From Thermoanaerobaculia bacterium (GTDB taxonomy: Bacteria; Acidobacteriota; Thermoanaerobaculia; Multivoradales; Multivoraceae), in NCBI GenBank assembly GCA_963666565.1, contig OY762911.1, forward strand, positions 2,464,001-2,528,000: a stretch of DNA of 64,000 bases. Reading direction: 5' to 3'. The notes below the pieces were generated by a model that was given only the letters and a program-made list of their open reading frames with translations, searched no databases and was not told the DNA's origin. Positions 58,725-64,000 of this stretch are shown piece after piece (the first letter of the stretch is position 1; each line of letters starts with the position of its first letter). The position numbers and the translations under genes are program-made.

Positions 58725-59520
58725 GCTGTGGCGCCACCGGTTCCTTGCTCGCTACAGCCAGCCCGTCGGTACCGGTTGCGGCAGAGGGGGCGATCGCCCA
58801 GGAACCACTCGTACGCGGGCCGAGCCTCGATCCCGCTTACGGTCTCGGAGGGAAGGCCCGACATCGTGAGGGTCAACAGCATCTTGCGGGCGTTCGGAAA
58901 GGGGATTATACGCTTGGGTTGACGGCCGTCAGGTAGCGCGGAACTGATCCCGTCCGCACGCCTGGGCGGGGATGAGCGAGGACACCCTGGCCGACCGCCG
59001 CTGGGCGGGGAGGAGGCGGGGACGTCGTGACCCGACCGGACTCCCGCAGCCGAATTCTGTCAGGTCCTGCCTGCACTTTCCGGCTTCGTGTACCCCGAGA
59101 ATTGGCCAAGGCCTGACGCCGGGTGCGAGGATCCGGGCCGGGGGTTGAAGAGCCCCCCGGCCCGGACGCCGCCGTGTGGGCGGCAATGGGCACAACGATC
59201 TTCTGCGCCTGGAGTCCAGCAGGCGCCGCAGGAGACGCTCCCAGCCCTGTACGACCTGGATCTCGTCGAGCAGCCAGGCTTCGGGCGCGGCGTCCGCACT
59301 CTCCAGATAGCGGCTTGGGTACTCGTCGATCAGTGCGCCCAGGGAGAGGGCGTCCAGTCCGGCGAACCGTTCGTCCTCGAGCCTCAGGAACGGTAGCCGC
59401 CATGGTGCGGCGCCTCCGGCCATCTTCTCGGCTCTCAACTGATGCAGGAACGTCGTCTTTCCCGCGCGGCGCATTCCGATGACGGACGTGACCTTGCCCG
59501 GCAACCGGACTTGGCTGAAA

Positions 59521-60822
59521 GGCTCTTCCGGGTTGATGGTGGAAATCGCGTAGTGTGGCGCGATGCGCGACACAGACTTGTACGGTCGGATTCTCGGCAT
59601 CGAGAGTCCCTGGAAGGTGACGGACGTCGAGCTGCGGCTTGACGCCGGCGAGGTGGAGGTGTTGGTGGCTCGCAGGCAGGGCGAGTCGTTCCGTTGTCCG
59701 AAGTGCGGCGGCGCTGCGAGTCGGCACGATTCGCGTCGTCGGCGCTGGCGGCATCTGCCGACGTGCCAGTACCGGACGATCCTGACCGCGGACGTGCCTC
59801 GGGTGCGGTGCGCGGAGCACGGGGTGCTGACGATCGGCGTGCCCTGGTCGGACCCGGGTTCGCGGTTCACGGCGTTGTTCGAGGCGCTGGTGATCGACTG
59901 GCTGGGTGCGGCGAGCGTCTCGGCGGTGGCTCGGCTTCTGGACCTGAGTTGGGACCAGGTATCCGGCGTGATGGAGCGTGCGGTGAAGCGCGGGCTCGAG
60001 CGGCGCGGGCCGGCGTCGGCGTCGAGGGTTCTGGGCGTGGACGAGACGTCGTTTCAGAAGCGCCACGAGTACGTGACGGTGGTGGCTGACATCGAGGGCG
60101 AGCCGCGGATGCACCACGTGGCGGACGGTCGGGGCAAGGACGCTCTGTCCTCGTACTACGAGTCGCTGTCGGAGGCGGCGCGCTCGCGGATCGAGACGGT
60201 GGCGATGGACATGTGGCCGGCGTACATCTCGGCGACGGTGTCCTGCCTGCCGGACGGCGGCGCCAAGCTCGCGTACGACAAGTTCCACGTCGCGGCCCAT
60301 CTGGGCGACGCCGTGAACCGGGTGCGGGTAGCGGAGCACCGAGAGCTGCAGAACCGGGGGGACGACCGGCTGGCCGGTACCCGGTACATGTGGCTGTACC
60401 ACCCCGACCGGTTGCCGGAGAGGCATGCGGCCTCCTTCAAGACCTTGGTGAACGCGACCTTGAAGACGGCGCGTTGCTGGCACCTGAAGGAGGTGGCGAT
60501 GATGATGTGGGAGACGCGGGACCGCGTCGAGGCGCGAGAGATCTTCGACGGCTGGTACTCGTGGGCGATCCGCAGTCGTCTCGAGCCCATGAAGGAAGTC
60601 GCCCGCATGATCAAGGCTCATCTCGACGGCGTGCTGAACGCGATCGAGCGGGGCGTCACCAACGCCCGCCTCGAAGGCATCAACTCGGTCATCCAGTCGC
60701 TCAAGAAGTCCGCCCGCGGCTACCGGAATCGGGACCGGTTCCGCGACGCCATCTACTTCCATCTCGGCGGCCTGAACCTCTACCCCGATTCGCTCACGTT
60801 CCACACGAAACCCTGAAGAGCC
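59521..60822 (+). mobile_element. ISL3-family insertion sequence
   Basis: 24-bp terminal IRs GGCTCTTC... (59521-59544 / 60799-60822, 19/24 match); 8-bp TSD GGCTGAAA at 59513-59520 and 60823-60830. Confidence 0.95.
59563..60816 (+). CDS. ISL3 transposase
   Basis: CPKC...RVRC..HG zinc finger, GVDETS, AMDMW, DKFHV, TNARLEGINS and ARGYRN motifs. Confidence 0.95.
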   Translation: MRDTDLYGRILGIESPWKVTDVELRLDAGEVEVLVARRQGESFRCPKCGGAASRHDSRRRRWRHLPTCQYRTILTADVPRVRCAEHGVLTIGVPWSDPGSRFTALFEALVIDWLGAASVSAVARLLDLSWDQVSGVMERAVKRGLERRGPASASRVLGVDETSFQKRHEYVTVVADIEGEPRMHHVADGRGKDALSSYYESLSEAARSRIETVAMDMWPAYISATVSCLPDGGAKLAYDKFHVAAHLGDAVNRVRVAEHRELQNRGDDRLAGTRYMWLYHPDRLPERHAASFKTLVNATLKTARCWHLKEVAMMMWETRDRVEAREIFDGWYSWAIRSRLEPMKEVARMIKAHLDGVLNAIERGVTNARLEGINSVIQSLKKSARGYRNRDRFRDAIYFHLGGLNLYPDSLTFHTKP

Positions 60823-60963
60823 GGCTGAAAACGCGGCGTCTCGTGAAAGACGGCCCCGCGTCGTCCAGTCCGTCGGCGAGCTGGGCGTCGAAAGCGAGTC
60901 GGAGCCGGTCCAGATCCGGTGACATGGGCCTACGGTTTCTCCTTCCCGGAAGGAGAATCGCAC

Positions 60964-61695
60964 TCAGCATCGGTTTGCCGCGAGCGGAACGCGCGGTCGC
61001 CACTTGACTGCTCCTCTGCCGTCGACGAAGACCTCGCCTCGGAAGCACTTCTCCCTGACGTAGGTCGCGAATCCTCCGTCCGCGATCGTACCGACGACCT
61101 CACCGTCCACGACGAGTTCGTGCACCTCCCGCCGCTGGAGCGCGGCGGTTTTCCGGGGAAGGAGGAGCCGGAACCCCGGGGGAGGTTCGGCCGGCATCTG
61201 TCCGACCTTGGCCAGTTCCGTCGTCGCGCGCCGCCAAGCGTCGCGGGCCGAGCTCGGATCGGTCGTCAGGTCCGCGGCCCTGGGAGCTTGGGATGGGGAG
61301 CCGGCGGGCCCGGCCTGCGTGTGCGGTTCCGCTGCCACGCTGTTTTCGGCACCGGGGCCTGACGGGTCAGCGACAGCAGAGTGAGCGGCTTCCGGGTCAG
61401 AGGTGTTTTGGACTTCGCCTGAGAGCCTGTCCGGTCCTTCGGCCATCTTGTAGACGGTCTGGCCCTCGGGAACCCCGACTCTCATTTCGTCCTCCAGGCG
61501 GTTCACAAGCGCCGGAGGCCATCCGTAGTAGCGCGCGGCTTCCCGCAGATCGACGAAACGGACCGCCGTGCGCTCGGCCTGCGCGAGCGTTACTGCCTTC
61601 AGGCGGCCTCGGCGAATCGCTGCTCTGACAGCGGCGACCGTTACTCCGGCCAGACGCGCCGTGAGCTTGATCGATAGAAGAACTTCGCCGGCCAT
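60964..61695 (-). CDS. Hypothetical protein with N-terminal excisionase/MerR-like HTH
   Basis: LSIKLTARLAGVTVAAVRAAIRRGRLKA resembles HTH_17; the rest is unassigned. Confidence 0.55.
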   Translation of the reverse strand: MAGEVLLSIKLTARLAGVTVAAVRAAIRRGRLKAVTLAQAERTAVRFVDLREAARYYGWPPALVNRLEDEMRVGVPEGQTVYKMAEGPDRLSGEVQNTSDPEAAHSAVADPSGPGAENSVAAEPHTQAGPAGSPSQAPRAADLTTDPSSARDAWRRATTELAKVGQMPAEPPPGFRLLLPRKTAALQRREVHELVVDGEVVGTIADGGFATYVREKCFRGEVFVDGRGAVKWRPRVPLAANRC

Positions 61696-61878
61696 CGTCA
61701 GTGTCGCTCTTCGTCAGTGTGTGACGGAACGTAACGGTGTAGCGTAGCGTAACACGATCTGCTGCCGTGGGCTCCACCGGGACTGGTTGCCGGACGGCCG
61801 TGTCGCTACACTCCGCGCTGGCGAACTAGGCAACGGGCCTACGGCGTCCCACTTTGGAGAGACTGGCAGGGAGTTCAC

Positions 61879-62949
61879 ATGGAGGACATCAAGCTCTGGC
61901 AACTCGAAGGTTCTCGGGCCACTCCGCTCGCGTCGAACAACCGGCTGGAGTCCGAGCACCTCCTCGAGGAGACGCTGGTGGAGAACCCGGACCTTTTGAT
62001 CGACGGTCTGACTCTGGTGGGCAGGCAGACGCCAACCGAAGGCGGGCCGCTCGATCTGCTGGGCGTGGATCCGAACGGCAGGTTGGTCGTGTTCGAGCTG
62101 AAGCGCGGCACCCTCTCTCGGGACGCCGTCGCACAGGTGATCGACTACGCCTCACATCTCGACGACATGGACCTGGGAGATCTCGCGGCTCACATCGCGT
62201 CGGCGTCGGGCGCCCACGGTATCGACCGGATCGATGACTTCGAGGAATGGTACGGCCGGAAGTACCGCGAGGATTTGGAGTTGCTGAAGCCGCTGCGCCT
62301 CTTTCTCGTCGGGCTTGGCGTCGATGAGCGGACCGAACGTATGGTGAGGTTCCTCGCCGTCAACAGCGAGATGGAGATCTCCCTGTTGACATTTCACGGC
62401 TTCGACCAGGGCGGAAAGACGCTTCTGGCAAAGCAGGTCGAGGTGAGCGCAACGGAGGAAGCGCGCCCGACCAGACGACGAAGACACAGAACCAAGGCGG
62501 AGTACCAAGCGATACTTGACAGGAAGCTACGGGAATCGGAAGTCGCCGACTTGTTCGCCGAAGTTCTGACCGCGTGGGATGCTGTTTGGAGTTCCCCCGG
62601 AAAGGCGCCCGGGGTCTTCGGGCTCCGTCTCAGGCTGGGAAACCCGCGCACCGGGGGGTATGCCACTCTGGCCCGACTTGAGCCCTGGTCTCGGGAAGTC
62701 GCAATGGTCTTCTACTCCGAGGCGATCCGACTGTGTCGAGAGGAGTTCCGCCCGTTCGTGGAAGGCGACGACGCGATCCCCCACGAGACGTCGCCGATGA
62801 ACCAGGCGCCGGTGTCGGACCCGCAGCCGGAAATCAAGCTGAAGGTGTCTCGGGATGTTTGGAGCGCGCACCAGACGCGCCTGACCGCACTCCTGCAATC
62901 CGTCTACGAGGCCTGGCACGACCTTGAGGAAGACGACGATTCACCGTAG
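61879..62949 (+). CDS. NucS/DUF91-like PD-(D/E)XK endonuclease-domain protein
   Basis: GGGAG RBS; EHLLEE, LDLLGVD...VFELKR...AQVIDY (D-ExK-QxxxY). Confidence 0.8.
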   Translation: MEDIKLWQLEGSRATPLASNNRLESEHLLEETLVENPDLLIDGLTLVGRQTPTEGGPLDLLGVDPNGRLVVFELKRGTLSRDAVAQVIDYASHLDDMDLGDLAAHIASASGAHGIDRIDDFEEWYGRKYREDLELLKPLRLFLVGLGVDERTERMVRFLAVNSEMEISLLTFHGFDQGGKTLLAKQVEVSATEEARPTRRRRHRTKAEYQAILDRKLRESEVADLFAEVLTAWDAVWSSPGKAPGVFGLRLRLGNPRTGGYATLARLEPWSREVAMVFYSEAIRLCREEFRPFVEGDDAIPHETSPMNQAPVSDPQPEIKLKVSRDVWSAHQTRLTALLQSVYEAWHDLEEDDDSP

Positions 62950-62966
62950 GTGTTGGTGCCGACGCA

Positions 62967-63965
62967 TCAGCCGGGCAGCTTCATGCCGCCTCCTCGCAAC
63001 ACCTCGATGATCCCCTCTTTCTTCAGCAGCTCGCGAATCCTCTCGACATCGTGCTTTTCGATCCACCCCTGGAAGTGCTTCCAGCCTCGACTCCCCTCGA
63101 TGGGAATCTCGAGGTAGATATCCTTCGCGAGGCGTTGGTCCTTCTTGCTCAGGCCCAGTTCGGAGAAGTTGACGGATGGACGGCGACCCAGGAACGGATC
63201 CGACCTTAGCCAGGTCCTAAGTTCCCCGAGCATTCGCCGGTCCAGACGACCGAGATCAGCGATGAAGTCGTGGAGCATCTCCGGTTCCGGGCTCCAGCGA
63301 CTGGCGGGCGCGATCTCCTCCCAGGTCGCGTAGTCGTCCGGCTGCCTGGCCAGAATGAAGCCGACACCGGTACGTTGGGCTTCTCGTGCGATTCTCCCGA
63401 CGGTCGCGGCATCCGGGTCACCTCCTGACGCGGGGGGATGGCAGATCAGATAGGCGTGCGTGGCGTGCGTCCGGTGCGACAGGGCTTCGTAGAGCCCGGT
63501 GATGTCCAGAGACGGCTTGACTTCGAAGGTCACGACGTCCAGGAACTTCCCCGGCAGAAAGGGCAGAGTCCTTCCTCCGACAAGCGTGATGTCGGGTGCG
63601 TTCCAGCGACCTCTCTTCATGCCATGAGTGCCCAGAACTTCGCAGAAACGACTGGGCTCGATGAAGTCGTGAGGCCACTCGTCCGCCCATCGCGTCGCGA
63701 TCTCGGCTCTCATGTCGGGATAGAGACTGTGCTCGTTCGGGTAGTGGCGGAGGTTCCTCGACACCGAGCGGGATCCGCCTCGACCAGTGGAAACGAGCCC
63801 GCCGTCCCTGAGAAAGTCGATCCAGCGGGTAACACTGCTCTTGGCCACGTCTTCCAGTGCGGCCGAGATGCGAAGTTCGCTCGTGGCCCCGCCGTTCGGA
63901 GGAACGAGGCCGTAGACCTTGCGGAGAACCTGCTCGTCTTCAGATGAGAGCGTCTCGTGCTTCAC
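62967..63965 (-). CDS. Putative winged-helix + PD-(D/E)XK restriction-endonuclease-like protein
   Basis: EHSLYP, PDITLVG...VTFEVK and EALSH motifs; N- and C-terminal GRGG/RGGG wing-like motifs. Confidence 0.65.
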   Translation of the reverse strand: MKHETLSSEDEQVLRKVYGLVPPNGGATSELRISAALEDVAKSSVTRWIDFLRDGGLVSTGRGGSRSVSRNLRHYPNEHSLYPDMRAEIATRWADEWPHDFIEPSRFCEVLGTHGMKRGRWNAPDITLVGGRTLPFLPGKFLDVVTFEVKPSLDITGLYEALSHRTHATHAYLICHPPASGGDPDAATVGRIAREAQRTGVGFILARQPDDYATWEEIAPASRWSPEPEMLHDFIADLGRLDRRMLGELRTWLRSDPFLGRRPSVNFSELGLSKKDQRLAKDIYLEIPIEGSRGWKHFQGWIEKHDVERIRELLKKEGIIEVLRGGGMKLPG

Positions 63966-64000
63966 GAGTTCGCCGTACGTCTTGTTCGCCTTGTCGGTGC

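Larger units (their letters stand above)
58790..60925 (-). pseudogene. AAA_14/DUF4143-type ATPase gene, IS-interrupted and decayed
   Basis: MSPDLDRL...TRRRVFS (from 60925) joins QVRLPGK...GMRRAGKTT...LLDEIQ once the ISL3 is removed. The frame degrades after ~59200; a C-terminal-like remnant KMLLTL...RPAYEWFL lies at ~58800-58890. Confidence 0.72.

Noticed and set aside
1-64000. tRNA, rRNA or riboswitch
   Set aside because: No cloverleaf/T-loop, rRNA-like or recognisable riboswitch consensus was found by eye; an Infernal/tRNAscan run would be needed to exclude them formally.

Overview
Very GC-rich bacterial chromosomal window. The gene content (PA14/cytochrome c and beta-propeller secreted proteins, paralogous cytochrome c/Cu-monooxygenases, sulfatase, AddAB) suggests an Acidobacteriota-like environmental organism, but this is inference only. 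Left end: a complete IS1111-type IS110 element (3-1442) inserted in a REP-like palindrome. Its downstream non-coding region contains a readable bridge/seekRNA-like loop whose two guide segments match that REP. Middle: metabolic and envelope genes (serine hydrolase, vapBC, single-chain acyl-CoA carboxylase, haloalkane dehalogenase, RND pump, VOC proteins, R2lox), with about a dozen REP-like repeats. Three of these repeats carry the same 69-nt covarying double-hairpin insert. The most novel-looking locus is a ~16 kb minus-strand cluster (28589-44761): ABC ATPase, a giant ABC-2 permease/M1-like fusion, an MFP, an RND, and an RND-ABC ATPase fusion whose nucleotide-binding domain is split by a membrane insert. 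It ends in two duplicated [small permease + secreted double-glycine-leader, two-cysteine peptide] cassettes. Right end: addB/addA, an ISL3 element inside a decayed AAA-ATPase gene, and the start of a lower-GC island with PD-(D/E)XK nuclease-like genes. No rRNA, tRNA or CRISPR array was recognised.
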